A stretch of 64,000 nucleotides of DNA from Podarcis melisellensis (lineage: Eukaryota). The notes beneath the pieces are model-generated. The model searched no databases and was not told the origin of the DNA. It saw nothing but the letters and a program-made list of their open reading frames with translations. The stretch lies in NCBI GenBank assembly GCA_964234715.1, contig OZ174284.1. One strand, 5' to 3'. The stretch's first letter is position 1, and the number at the start of each line of letters is the position of its first letter. The translations under genes were made by a program, and so were the position numbers. Below, piece after piece: positions 13,160-25,642 of the stretch.

Positions 13160-13385
13160 TAGGTGATGTATAGACAGACAGAGAGGTCATGTATCCACAG
13201 CAGTGACCAGAGGAGGAGTGACTGCTGGGAAGCTGCGAAACCAGACACCTTCATCTGCCCCACTTGCATTAAAACATCTCTCCCATATTGGTTTCTACAG
13301 CCACTATAACTTTCCAACATGACTTCCAACATGACTTTACCCTAAAGGCCACACTCTTCCATTGTTTCTAGAGACAAACAGTAGT
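13160..13385 (+). mobile_element. Degraded RTE 3' end
   Basis: Similar to 7868-8005 (ccttcatctgccc...aaaacatctctcccatattgg...cactcttccattg). Confidence 0.5.
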
Positions 13386-13494
13386 CAATTCTCTTAGATT
13401 CTAGAATCCTTTCCCTCCAAACTAATAATGGGAGGGAGGCAAAGAAAGTAAGTGACTCTTTGAAAAACAATTGTGAATTGCACATAAGGCATTG

Positions 13495-13662
13495 AATTTT
13501 ATTGGGTCAGATCAACAGTATATCTAGCACTGATTTAAGTGCCAGTAGCTCTCTGGGATGTCAGGTAGAGGCCTTTCATGGCACAACTACTTTTCAGGTA
13601 GGGATGGCAGAAATTGAACCTGGAACCTTCTGCATGCAAAGCTTTTCCACTTAGCTATGGCC
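13495..13662 (-). mobile_element. tRNA-derived squamate SINE (Squam3-like), degraded
   Basis: The reverse complement of the head reads ggccatagctaagtgg...gcatgcagaaggttccaggttcaat; similar to 14570-14748. Confidence 0.55.
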
Positions 13663-14108
13663 TTGCAGTTACCAATGAATGATTTGAGGATCTAAGAAAG
13701 CAGGATAAGTCAATTTCACACTCTAGTGTTTCAATTTCAATTTGATGCTGATTTGGGGCAAAGAAAATATTGAATTAAATTAATTTAGATTGTTAGATTA
13801 TAATAAAGGTTTGCCTATTCCACAATCAAGAATCTAATCTACTTGACCAGCTGTGAATAGTGCAAATTGATTTAATAAATGTGTGTGTGAAACACACATA
13901 TTTAAAAGAAAATGTTGTATAATGCTTATTAGCAATAGCGGCAGCACAGCTCTTAAAGCGTTGGTCAGTCTGGCTAAATAAGCAATTGTGAGATTAGATG
14001 TTTCCCACATGCTCTTAGTGAGCAAATCTAGGCTCGAAAGACATTTTTAATAGAAGTGGTGTGGACTTAAACAACCTGAACCAATCAAGATTCATGGTTA
14101 GCTAAAGT

Positions 14109-14113
<5 letters not shown>

Positions 14114-14169
<56 letters not shown>
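14114..14169. repeat. (GA)n microsatellite
   Basis: Direct reading. Confidence 0.95.
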
Positions 14170-14174
<5 letters not shown>

Positions 14175-14569
14175 TGTTTATATATAATGGATATATTTCA
14201 CAGTTTAGACACACAAGCACCAATAATTGCATTTCATTCATTCCAAGTCAATTTAAAAGGCTAAGGAAGAAGTCCTATGTTTGAGGTGAGCAACGGGCAG
14301 CCTAGGAGCTACAACTGGCCTGTGGGTCCTTAGCATTGAACAGTGGCAATCAAACTGGTCAGACTGAATGCCACTGAAGGCTAAGCTTGAGAAGAGGCTC
14401 ATTATTGCATTGCTTTCTTTTTATATTCCTTGCAGTTGGTAAGAAGAGTGAAATCCTGACTCTGCCCACCTGCAAGTCCCTGATCTTCTGCTGGAGATAG
14501 GTGGGCATTAAAAAGAGGATCATGGAATTGCAAACACATCCTTTTTGGAATGAATATGTGCCTGTAGGG

Positions 14570-14748
14570 AAGGGCTGTAGTTCAGTGCTACAGCATCCGC
14601 TAAGCATGCAGGAGATCCTAGGTTCACTCCCTGGAATTTTCAGGCATATCTGAGAGAGGCTCCTGTCAGAAACTCTGAAGAATCACTGCCAGTCAGTGAA
14701 GATACTACAGAGCTGGACAGACCCATTGTCTGACTCAGTATAAAGCAC
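14570..14748 (+). mobile_element. tRNA-derived squamate SINE (Squam3-like)
   Basis: Head gggctgtagttcagtg...ggttcactccctgg has A/B-box-like motifs; body ...gccagtcagtgaaga...tgtctgactcagtataaagc. Confidence 0.6.
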
Positions 14749-14800
14749 AATGTTGGGTAGCCTATCATTTAATCCAGGGCTATTTCCCCACCAGCTGGCC

Positions 14801-14951
14801 NNNNNNNNNNNNNNNNNNNNNNNNNNNNNNNNNNNNNNNNNNNNNNNNNNNNNNNNNNNNNNNNNNNNNNNNNNNNNNNNNNNNNNNNNNNNNNNNNNNN
14901 NNNNNNNNNNNNNNNNNNNNNNNNNNNNNNNNNNNNNNNNNNNNNNNNNNN
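14801..14951. other. Assembly gap (151 N)
   Basis: Run of N. Confidence 1.
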
Positions 14952-15555
14952 CATCCAGCAGCCAGTTGTCTGGGACAGAAAGAAGTTGTGCCATATTCCA
15001 TGTCAGGCACTCAGCCATAAAGCACTTTTCTTCCCAGCAGCAGAAGCGAGGCAGCTCCAGTGACAACAAATGGGCAACCAGTGAGGTGTTTTTCCATGGC
15101 CTTGCCTCCCCCATCTCTCTCTCTCTGCTTTTAGTTCTTGGTATTATCCCACTGATATTTATTCTTCCAGTTTGACAGCCGAAGGTGTCCTGCTCCCCCC
15201 AAAGACTCTGCCCTTAGTCCCTTGCTGTCCTATACACTTGGCACTGACTCTTAAAACATGTCACCTGCCTTAGTCCTTTCAAAATTCCTCTCAAAGCCCA
15301 CCTTTTCCATGACATTTTTGCTACAACCCCCTATTTGCTATAACCCACTCTATGGATGGGGAAACTACTGCCCTCCAGATGTTGCTTGATTAGAACTTGT
15401 ATTGACTGAAACTGACAGGAGTTGGATTCCAACAATGTCGGGGGGGGCAAAGGTTCCTCACTCCTGCTCTATAGTCTTAACCTTTTCTGCCACCCAGTAG
15501 CTCCTCTGTGGGCTTCAATCATGATTGGGAGAGCTATAGTCTTGCACATGGATAT

Positions 15556-16064
15556 GTTGTTGTTTAGTCGTTTAGTCATGTCCGACTCTTAATGACCCCA
15601 GGCACTCCTGTCTTCCACTGCCTCCCGCAGTTTGGTCAAACTCATGTTAGTAGCTTCGAGAACACTGGCCAACCATCTTGTCCTCTGTCGTCCCTTCTCC
15701 TTGTGCCCTCAATCTTTCCCAACAGCAGGGTCTTTTCCAAGGAGTCTTCTCTTCTCATGAGGTGGCCAAAGTATTGGAGCCTCAGCTAGAGAGCATCTCC
15801 AATACTAGACAGAATCTTAAAAAGCAGAGCCATCACCTTGCTGACAAAGGTCCGTATAGTTAAACCTATGGTTTTCCCAGTAGTGATGTATGGAAGTGAG
15901 AGCTGGACCGTAAAGAAGGCTGGTTGCTGAAGAATTGATGTTTTTAAATTATGGTGCTGGAGGAGACTCTTGAGAGTCCCATGGACTGCAAGAAGATCAA
16001 ACCTCTCCATTCTGAAGCTAATCAGCCCTAAGTGCTCACTGGAAGGACAGATCCTGAAGCTGAG
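15556..16064 (-). mobile_element. BovB (RTE) 3' fragment with inverted 5' segment
   Basis: BovB 3' end on the minus strand at 15556-15787 with a (CAA)n tail; the adjacent upstream BovB segment on the plus strand at about 15800-16064; 12-bp TSD gcacatggatat at 15544-15555 and 16065-16076. Confidence 0.88.
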
Positions 16065-16807
16065 GCACATGGATATAGGATGAAACAAAAATGGGGGAGG
16101 GGTTCCAGCTACATTAGTGTCAGTGCCCCAAAGCCCCCATCAGATGGATGCTTTGATGCTTTAAGTGGAGACAATGCTGATAAAGCCTGGATGTCTGCTT
16201 AGTGAAGCCTTAACAATCACTTTTAAGCATCCAGTGGGTGATAAGAAGCAAGGGAAAACATTCTGACATTCCCCACTTAAACTTCTTATATATTTATGAA
16301 AGAGGTGATAGTATCCTTCGCTGACTCTCAGTTCTTTTATGTATCTGAATAAACTCAGCCAGATACTTAATAGCCTGAAAACATGAGATGATTCTGCAAC
16401 AAGGCAGAGTGCATCCATCTTTCTCTCTAATTCTGTGACAGTGATGGAAGGAGTAGACTATGGTCCACAGCAGCAGTCAGGGGTGGTGCAATGTTAATAA
16501 ATTGCTGTCACCACAAATAAGCAACCAAGGCAAGTGCATGCAGGCATGCATGGGGGGGGGGAGAGAGGTTGGGTTCCAGGCCTTTACTGGCAGGTGTCAC
16601 TTGGTAACGCTTGATGTAGGGATAGTGAAGTCAGCACCATGTAGCCATAAAACTGCTAACTGACCACAAGTATCTGCTCTTGGTCAGTCAACAGTCAAGT
16701 GCCTGCATTATTATTATTATTATTATTTATTAAATTTCTATACAACTCACTCTTCATTCAAAGTTCACAGGGTGGTTTGCAATATAAAAACACAGAAATG
16801 CATACTA

Positions 16808-17124
16808 CAGGGCTTTCTCGGCCGCGGCGCCAATCTGGTGAAACGCTCTGTCACAAGAGACTAGGGCCCTGCAGGACCTGACATCTTTCCGCAGGGCCTG
16901 CAAGACAGAGCTGTTCCACCAGGCCTCTGGTCAGGGCGCAGCCTGACCCCCTCCTCTGGCAATCTGCACAGAATTTTGCTTGATGGTTGCCATTAATTTG
17001 ATTTTAATTGATTTTATAATGAATGTTTTTAAAATGTTGGACTATTTTGATTGTTGTTAGCCGCCCTGAGCCCAGCTTCGGCTGGGGAGGGCAGGATATA
17101 AATAAAATTATTATTATTATTATT
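16808..17124 (+). mobile_element. L2 3' fragment inserted in an older antisense L2 tail (about 16708-17300)
   Basis: Ends in gccgccctgagcc...gggcaggatataaataaa(att)n, similar to the L2 tail at 47498-47600. It is preceded by an (ATT)n-tailed minus-strand remnant. Confidence 0.65.
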
Positions 17125-17503
17125 ACAATGACAAACAAAACAATACCCCTCCACACACACACAATTTAAAAAGCCATAGATTGTTTTATCAGCCCAAGGC
17201 CAGGGAGAATAAGAACGTTTTCTCCCAGGCCCTAAAGATATGTAATGAAGGCACCAGGAAACAGCTTTCATCTCTATCCCTAGTCCACCAGGGATAATTG
17301 ACCAGCACAATCAGAGTGGCTGCTCTTATTATTGTACTATCCATGCGCATGGTGCTTTACAGAGGGCAATAGGATAGGTTTCCTGCCCTGAGGAGCTTAC
17401 AAACTGTAATTTCACATGGGGAAAAGAATAGAGGAAGAGGAGGGAAGTGAAGGCACATATGTGAATCACACATATTTAGGTGTGGTTATAGACTCAAGGC
17501 TTA

Positions 17504-17800
17504 TCCACACTTACCTTTCCTCTGCTCATTCCAGGCACAGTTTGTGCTTTAAAGCTCCATGTCCAAGCACCCCTTTTTTGGCTCCAAAGTGTTCCCTATG
17601 AACAGCTGCTATTTAAAGTTTTATTGGAGCAAACATTAATCCACAGAAAACCCAAATTGACATTTGCTCTGCTTTAGTGCTAAGCAGTGGCTTTTTGCAG
17701 GTTTTTGCTCCAGGACAAAAACAACAGCAACAATGCTCGGACATGAAACTTTTAAGCGTGGACCTGTGCCTGGAAAGAGTGGGCGAAAGGTAAGTGTGGA
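17504..17800. mobile_element. Palindromic MITE
   Basis: Long imperfect TIRs tccacacttacctttc...ttccaggcacag / ctgtgcctggaa...gaaaggtaagtgtgga. Confidence 0.6.
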
Positions 17801-18356
17801 ATCTCTGTCTGTTGCTGCAGACCCAGTATGTGCAGATCCAGTTGTAGATTGACTACAGGTTTTGGCAGGCAGGCAGGTGTGCAGTGCAACAGAATACATA
17901 GTGCAGGCACACTGTCAGAGTCCATGACAATGCACTGTGGGAGCTGGAGACAAGACTAGTTTCTCCTCCTGCCCGGCTGCCCCATTCGCAATGTCCTTAA
18001 GAGGCCAGGTCTGAGCGTTGGGCCATCATATTAACTGAAGCTGTGGTTCTGTAGGGTTTCATGTTAGCTTTCGAATTCTGGGTCCCATATTGTAGCAAAT
18101 GTGTGGGTGTTTTTAAGAGGTTTTTTGTTCACTTTAGCCATATTAGTTAATGTTGTCTTGGTTGTTATACTCTGAATGCTTTGCTGGGGAACTGTAGGAG
18201 AGCTGCACTTCCCCAACCTTTGATCTACCCATCCTGTCTTTGACTGGCTAAGAGCCATTTTCAAGCTCAAATATTTTCTTTTTCACATGTGAACATCACC
18301 ATGGCCTTCAGTGATATTACGTAGAGCCACATTAAGAGGCCTGACCAATTCATATA

Positions 18357-18582
18357 CAGTGGTACCTCAGGTTAAGTACTTAATTCATTCCGGAGGTCCG
18401 TTCTTAACCTGAAACTGTTCTTAACCTGAAGCACCACTTTAGCTAATGGGGCCTCCTGCTGCTGCCGCACCGCTGGACCACAATTTCTGTTCTCATCCTG
18501 AAGCAAAGTTCTTAACCCGAGGTACTATTTCTGGGTTAGCAGAGTCTGTAACCTGAAGCGTATGTAACCCGAGGTACCACTG
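18357..18582. mobile_element. Tc1/pogo-type MITE (226 bp, standard form)
   Basis: TA TSD; TIRs CAGTGGTACCTCAGGTTA / TAACCCGAGGTACCACTG. Confidence 0.9.
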
Positions 18583-19170
18583 TAATACAAACACACACAC
18601 AAAATTAAACACAAATGCCACTTCCAAAGGACATCAGTGTGTGAGGCACCTGACTACCCCATCCAACAGTCGTGTGTGCGCGCTCACATGGACACATAAA
18701 AACTATCTATACATGCCCTTATCTTCACTGAATCGAAGTGGGTTCAGCAGCAGCAGAGGAAACATTCAAGACATTGAAGATAAAAATCACCATTTTACAA
18801 TTTCATCCTAAATAATGCAAAACATTATTTTTATTCTGAAAGTGTGTCCCAGAGAAAAAAGCTTTAGAACCACTGGGATTAGCAGAAAACTGCTCAGAGT
18901 CATGCCTTCTAGGCATAGGACAAGCAGAAGTGTAGGCAAGCCCTATGTTGCTTCGGTACCTAACTTTGTGTTTCAAAGTGTTTGTTTGTTTCATGCTTCC
19001 TGCCTCTGTTTCTGAAGTTTTTCATCTGGAAAACGTAAGAGCACGTCATGCCAAGTGACAATACAAAATGCGTACATTTGCTACATTCTAAACATGAAAA
19101 AGTATTTGCGGGCTATAGGAAACTATACATTGTGCCATTAAAAGACCTTCCACGTTAACAGCTTCTAAAA

Positions 19171-19318
19171 CAGTGGCCATATTAGTCTGTTGCAGCAAAA
19201 ACGTGACTCTTGTAGCACTATAAAGACGAACACATTTAACATGTTATAAACTTTTGTGGATTAAAGAAAAATTATGCCATAATAAATTTGTTACTCTTTA
19301 CCGTGCTGCAAGACTGTG
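19171..19318. mobile_element. Old Penelope-like inverted-repeat remnant
   Basis: Imperfect inverted arms (tcttgtagcactataaagacgaacacattta / taaatttgttactctttaccgtgctgcaaga) preceded by gtggccatattagtctgttgcagcaaaaa, a pattern I recognise from reptile PLE remnants. Confidence 0.5.
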
Positions 19319-20574
19319 TTGATGATGAAACTAGTATTTTATAAATCATTTGGCAAAGTATATACTAAATTAGCATGAAATTGGCATTTTCATTACTACA
19401 CTATGTATGCTTGGCTTACTTAATTTAAAAGAAGACATGTTTTCCTCTGACAAATGTTAGTGGCAGATATGCTATTTCACCTCCATCTTCTTTTGGAGCC
19501 TGTCCTCTACTAGTATTTTTCATCAAAATTATCAGGCAACACAAAGTATTAAGAATGATAATTTACATTCACAAGGACAGGTATGTAGAAGAGTAAGTCT
19601 CACCTGATCAAATTCTCCAGCTAGATTTGCAACTGGACATTCTACCCTTGATTATTTATTTAATAGTCTATCAAATTCTATCAAATTCAGTAAGCCCAAG
19701 TCCCCTGTAAAGAAAGTCATGCCAACTGGCATCTAGCCTGAACATTACTCTTTTGCTGTTTGTACCCTATATTCAACATAGTTTCAGGGCAAAGTGAATA
19801 AAAAAGAAATTTCCTCTGGGCTCCTTTAATCAGGGAATAAATCCAACATTATTTCCCTGGAGTATGTACTATGATACATCTATGGCAGGCTACTCTTGGA
19901 CAATATGCATGCCTCATTTGAGAAAGCCCTAAAGCTGTCTTGCAGTGCTGTGGCCATGTAAAGGCTCCATAATATGCAACTGTCAAGAATCCTGGAACCT
20001 GTGAAGCCTAACGTTCTAAATTTTCCATATAGTTGGCTGAAATAGCAGGCTCCATATCATATTGTTCTGCCAGTCACCTGCTTAACCAACATCTCTTTGA
20101 CTCTGCATCGCTATACGAGGAAAAGCATGCCCATCTTCATCCTAATTCTCATCTTCTAGGGGCAATTGCTGGCATTTATTTCCTGTTCCTCCAGCATCCC
20201 CTGCCTGCATGCCTCCCATTGGTCAATTGCTCTTCTAGCTATCAATTTCTATCACCTCAATTAAGCAGCATAAAGCATAACATCATGCTCCTTTACTTTG
20301 TCACTCATCTTTCCAGCATCTCCACAAATTACCAAATGTGTGTGAAAGTAACCCTCAACAAAAGTCTTTGCTACATGAGTTTGCCTAGTGTAAGGCTAAA
20401 TAGATTAATATTCCTGGTTGAGTTGGTGTTTTTTATTTTCCTTTTGATGGTGCATACTCAATGTTTCCCCCATTTCCCCCTTTTTATACTTCCCTTGAAT
20501 AAATTTCTTAATTGGATTCCTGGCCTGTACCAGTTTCTGCTCCCACTCAAGGACTGCCAGTCCGTCTCCTCTGC

Positions 20575-21110
20575 TTATTATTTACCTGATTTTAGTTATA
20601 GCCTGCTCTTCACCAAAGAGTCTCAGGGCAGGTTACAAAAATGCCATAATTAAAATAAGTCCAATGTAGAATTGAAATAAATAAAACAGCAACGACGTCC
20701 AATTTCTGAATAACGAAACAGAAAGACATAACGGATACTCAGCCGTGCTGGAAGAAGGAAGTCACCCATTCAACCAGAGGCCTGGGAAAACAGCTATGTC
20801 TTGATCAATCACTGAAAAGTTTATTGTGCTAGTACAAGACCTGACTTAGAGGGAAACTCATTCCACAACCTATGGCCCACCACGGAGAAGACCCTCTCAT
20901 GTGCTGCGGACTCCTTGAACCACAGCAGGTGGTGGCACGACCAACTGGGCCTCCCCTGGTGATGTTAATACCAAGGCAAATAGATTTAGGAGGAGGCAAT
21001 CCTTCAGATATTTGGGGACCAAGTCATTTAGGACTTTATATGTCAACATTAACACCTTCAATTGGGATGCATAGTGAATTGACAAACAGTGCTGATATTT
21101 TGAGACCAGT
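20575..21110 (-). mobile_element. Degraded L2 3' fragment
   Basis: The minus-strand peptide QLKVLMLTYKVLNDLVPKYLKD is homologous to QFKVLVLTFKALNGLGPVYLKE in the 47608-49750 ORF. Confidence 0.7.
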
Positions 21111-21120
21111 ATGCTCTGGT

Positions 21121-21229
21121 GGTGGAATTCAACTAAGTTTTACTTGGAGTAGAAATTAATAAACATGACTAAACTATGTTCATTGATATCAATAGGCCTT
21201 CTCTGAGTAAAACTTAGTTGAATACCACC
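21121..21229. mobile_element. Short palindromic MITE
   Basis: TIRs ggtggaattcaactaagttttact / agtaaaacttagttgaataccacc. Confidence 0.65.
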
Positions 21230-21467
21230 CTGTGTCCTGCTGGGCCATGTGTCTGTCTACATTACAGATCCAGGTTCTTGGAAAGCCATGAGTGGTGATA
21301 TGCTGAAGATGCCCAGCAGGAGATTTTCAATTCAGCTGGAAGTCCCCCAACTCCTGAGCACATCATCTCATAAGCCAGTGGAAGTCTCATAGTCTTTGAC
21401 CTAGCAGTCAATCCAACAGGTGGTAGAAAGAAGAAGCTGAAATCACAAACTGATTTTTTTAAACAAT

Positions 21468-21501
<34 letters not shown>

Positions 21502-22753
21502 TTCATCACCTTAACCAAATTCTTGGTGAAGCATCTTTGGGCCTGGTCCTACTTTTTCCTTCCCCATGTCTTTGGCACCTTTGGTGGCTAGCAGGAGCCA
21601 CAGAAACTGTTGGTGCACATTTCTAGGTGTGCAGAAGGGGGAAACCCATGCCCACTGCCCAACCAGTTCACTGCATGTCCTGGTGGGAAGGGAAGGAAGC
21701 TGTGCCCCACTAGGTCTCTCTGCAGCATGGTGAGAACATAGCTCTACGAGTGCTTAACCCAGAAATGACATTGACACCACCTTATACAATGGACATGACT
21801 GTAAGATGGAACTGCTACATACACTGCCTCTTTCAATGGCTCCCTGGACTCAAGTCCTTATAGCTGCCAGTGCCATTTTATCTCTCAGCCAGGCAGTCCA
21901 AAGGAACATACCTCCTCCATCTCTCAGCTATCCTTAGCGTCCCACCGTGATATGATATCCAGTAATACAAAGCAGTATGGTCCAGCTTATATGCTTAGCA
22001 AAATCAGATGGCAAATCTTTTCCAGGATTGTATCACTCTAGGATGCAGATGGCAGGAAACACCAGTATGACCACTTCCCATCTTTAAAACTTATTGCACA
22101 TACAAAACTAGTATGTTGGAGAGATTGATTCAACCTAGCTTTCTCCCTGACATAGTGTGGGGGGTTTTCTCTTATTTTCAGGGAATTTCATCCATAGGAT
22201 AGCATTCAAACATGCAGCCTCCCCCACCTACAGCCTGAAGTGGGGCAATCCAGAAAAACTCTGCTACTTTTTTCTACTGGATGTCCTATGCCATTACACT
22301 AGAGATGCAAGACTTCAGCAGATTATTTTTTTTATTGCACATTTATGATTATTTGTGCTCATAATGCTATACATTATGTAGACAATCCTGCTTTTAATAC
22401 TGTTTGTTCCTGCAAAAGTTTTGGAGTGGTCATACTGCTTCATTTCCAATCAGCACATTCCCTGTAGCTTCATGCTAAAAATCCAGTAACTTTTCATACC
22501 ACAAATGTTCTGGTTATTTATTTATTTTGTCCAGCAGAAAGAAATAATGTGGTAGTAATGGAGGTGCATTGAGAATAAAGCAGAATAAATCCACCACTAA
22601 TGCACTATTGTTGTGTTAAGAGCATGTTGCAGAATACACCCACAATAAAACACCAATCTGGAGGGACACAAAGAATAAACATGTTGGTTATCACTTGAGA
22701 CTCTTCGGCTGGAAGGGAAAGAGGTATTGCTAGTGGGATCAAAAACATAGTTA

Positions 22754-23110
22754 AAAAGGTAAAGGTAAAGGTACCCCTGCCCGTACGGGCCAGTCTTGAC
22801 AGACTCTGGGGTTGTGCGCCCATCTCACTTAAGAGGCCAGGGGCCAGCGCTGTCCGGAGACACTTCCGGGTCACATGGCCAGTGTGACATCGCTGCTCTG
22901 GCGAGCCAGAGCTGCACACGGAAACGCCGTTTACCTTCCCACTGGTAAGCGGTCCCTATTTATCTACTTGCACCCGGAGGTGCTTTCGAACTGCTAGGTT
23001 GGCAGGCGCTGGGACCGAGCAGCGGGAGCGCACCCCACAGCAGGGATTCGAACCGCCGACCTTTCGATCAGCAAGTCCTAGGCGCTGAGGCTTTAACCCA
23101 CAGCGCCACA
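22754..23110 (-). mobile_element. Sauria SINE, second subfamily
   Basis: (ACCTTT)n tail; body homologous to but diverged from 3120-3471; TSD catagtta at 22746-22753 and 23112-23119. Confidence 0.9.
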
Positions 23111-23607
23111 GCATAGTTAGCGCACAGCATAGTTAGCTGCATACAAACTGCTGGTAGACTGAATATCATTTACCATTGTCCACATTATAGAAAGACCTCT
23201 TCATAGTAGACTAGGTATACAGAAGAGCAACAGATGAATACCAGAACTGAGAACTTACCTTATGAGATTGACTTTTTAATCTTAGATACAGTGGTAGTAC
23301 TCTACAAATGAATTGGAGGCAAGTGCTAACACCACAAAGTGGGGAGCTTCTCATATTAAAGCAGATTGGGGACGAGAATGAATGACTACAAAATGGCCAC
23401 ACTTTCTAGAGTGGACTTGCTCTGTGTTTATGACACATCATAATTCTAATTATATAGACCGATATCTATAACGTGTGGATTGTCAATCCTCTGGGCATAG
23501 AATGAGCAAGGTCATCTGTGGACCTAGTTCTATAATTCTCTGAAAACACATGTTTGTCATCATAATCTACAAAGTAGAAGAAAACTACTCATATCTCCTG
23601 ATATATG

Positions 23608-23751
23608 CAGTGCTTTTTTCTTAAAAAAATGTTTAGGAGTTCTCTCATTTTCCTACTCATATTGAAATACTGCCCCTCAATGAGGCCAAACTTAGATTCA
23701 CAAAATGTTAGGGGTATGTGTACCCCTGTGTCCCCCCAGAAAAAAACACTG
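23608..23751. mobile_element. hAT-type MITE
   Basis: TIRs cagtgcttttttc / gaaaaaaacactg; 8-bp TSD gatatatg at 23600-23607 and 23752-23759; inverted relative to the copy at 30332-30473. Confidence 0.88.
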
Positions 23752-24937
23752 GATATATGTATATGTGTAGATGCTCTGGGTTATCACTGAACTTCCTCAA
23801 AAAGTCCCTGGGGGACAGGGGAATGTTAGGTTAAACCATTTCCATTTTCTGTTTTGTTTTGTTTTACATGTGTTTAAAACTAATGAATGTTTTGCAGGAA
23901 AGCTGGTTTTATTAATGGTTTGTCCATGACAGTTTTGTGAAACCAAAATACTTATTCCTGTGGTCTTTGGTGGGAAATTCAGATTAGCTGAGGCACTTCC
24001 AGTTTTATCATCCTGGTTTCTTAATGTTCTTCTTAAAGAAAAAGCAATTAAAATAAGCAAGGCTTCTTATGGGTGTGGGGGGATGTCATGGGTCTACAGG
24101 ATGTATGTGCTTACTCTTTCTTGGTTTGGTAGTGCAGTTGTCCCTGGGTAGGAAATGCTGGCAAGCAAATGTACCCAAACATCCCTATGTGCACCTCCCC
24201 ATCCTCTCCTGATCTTCTGCAGGAGAAGATGCTAACTAGTGAACATAGTTAGAACGTTCTCTTCGATTGGGCACCCTGGTTGCACAGGGTCTTTTTTTAA
24301 AATCTTGGAGAAGATTCTAGTCATGTTCAACTGAAGGGATTTAGAGCCCTCCTTCAGATCTTTGCACATCAGGCAAGGAGGTGGCAGGTTAGCACATGCA
24401 GGAATGTTGGTGGCAGACCCAGTGCGCGCACACACACACACTCCCCAGTTGACACCCTCGTGCATTATTTTTAACAACATGCATTTAATTGTTTTTTAAC
24501 CTCATATTATGAGTCATAACACTGGCAAATGAGTGGTTAAAATGGGGCATAATGATTGCCACACCAACACAATGTCCTCAGCCTTGAACTGTAACTGTGC
24601 AAGGTCACAGAAGGTGAGGGACAGCAGAGTGAACTTCTGAAGGTTTTTCCGCCACTCCCACGAAGCCAAATACATAGACCCAATTCTGCAGACCTGGTAT
24701 TTGGTAATAACTGACAGAAAGCAAAGCAGGACAGATCTGCTTCACTTGCCAAGGACAAGATGCTGCTTGTTCCAAGAATCTCAGTGACAAATATCTAGAT
24801 AGTCAGGGCTTGAATTCTTCCAATGCAATTGACCGAGTTTGTCAGTGCCTTTAACAAACAGTATGCATTTTGTGAACGAAGAAGCTAATTTCCAAGCTCC
24901 CCTCTAATGGTTGAGATGGGAAGAAGCAATAATTTAC

Positions 24938-25348
24938 CTTGTCTGCCATGATCATGGAAGAGCCTCCATGGATACCTAGGATGGGTGTGAGGGTCTGGGC
25001 AGAAATGAAGTCCAGGATCTGGGCAATGGCTTCCTGGTCAGTGTCATCAGCAAACACCACACCTTGAACCCTTCGATCAGACATGATATCACAGATGCGA
25101 GTGATGATGCTCTTGGGATCTGTCTCATTCATGGCCACCAGTTCCACACGAGGCGTGAGAGAGAGGTGATGGAAGTCATCTTTCTTGTGGGCATCTGTGA
25201 TAGCTACTTCGTCAGAGGTACCCACCAAGATGACAGCAATGCCAATGCTGGGGTGGTTCTTTTGGGCCCAGGCCCCACCACCTGTTGTCGCCAGGACTGC
25301 CAGCATAAGCCAGAACTTTGAAGAATAGCACTCTGCTCGGGGCCTCAT
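24938..25348 (-). CDS. GRIN2B: GRIN2B (NMDA receptor subunit GluN2B) first coding exon: signal peptide and start of the amino-terminal domain, aa 1-137
   Basis: The translation [20 protein letters not shown]...[18 protein letters not shown]...[15 protein letters not shown]...[39 protein letters not shown] matches GluN2B. ATG is at 25348-25346, the coding part is 411 nt, and it ends in phase 0 at AAG|GTAAAT (GT at 24937-24936). The rest of the listed 170-aa ORF is intron read-through. Confidence 0.97.
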
Positions 25349-25366
25349 TTTCAGCTCTTGCACTCC
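25349..25366 (-). other. GRIN2B: 5'UTR part of the GRIN2B first coding exon (18 nt) behind a splice acceptor
   Basis: The minus strand reads ...tttttcccttctttctAG|GGAGTGCAAGAGCTGAAAATG: a polypyrimidine tract plus AG at 25368-25367. Confidence 0.85.
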
Positions 25367-25464
25367 CTAGAAAGAAGGGAAAAAGAGGGGAAATAGTCAT
25401 GTTAGCTTCCTTATTATTTGTTCCCTTTATGGATCAGAGCACTGGCCATGTTGAACACATGCAG

Positions 25465-25642
25465 CTGCTTTAGGTTAGAACAGACCATTTGTCCATCTAG
25501 CTCAGCACAGGCTACAGCAGAGACTTTCCAGGGTTTCAGGCAGGAGTCTTTTCTCAGCCCTTCTACCTAAGCTCATTTTAACTAGAGGTTAACTAGAGGA
25601 CATTCTGCATGCAGTATATGTGCTCTACCATTGAATTCTGCC
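25465..25642 (-). mobile_element. Degraded tRNA-derived SINE (Squam3-like) close to the exon acceptor
   Basis: Reverse-complement similarity to 14570-14748 (cagaccatttgtccatctagctcag...ccagggtttcaggcagg). Confidence 0.5.

Noticed and set aside
14570-14645. tRNA gene
   Set aside because: It is a degenerate SINE head continuing into a SINE body, with no intact cloverleaf.
14683-15175. ORFs spanning N runs (also at 45274-45555)
   Set aside because: Artefacts of assembly gaps.
20033-20653. 206-aa ORF
   Set aside because: No recognisable domain, non-ATG start, and it runs into an L2 tail; likely a chance ORF.
24851-25363. 170-aa ORF as a complete protein with a GTG start
   Set aside because: Homology begins at the ATG at 25348 and stops at the GT donor at 24937. 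The extensions are UTR and intron.
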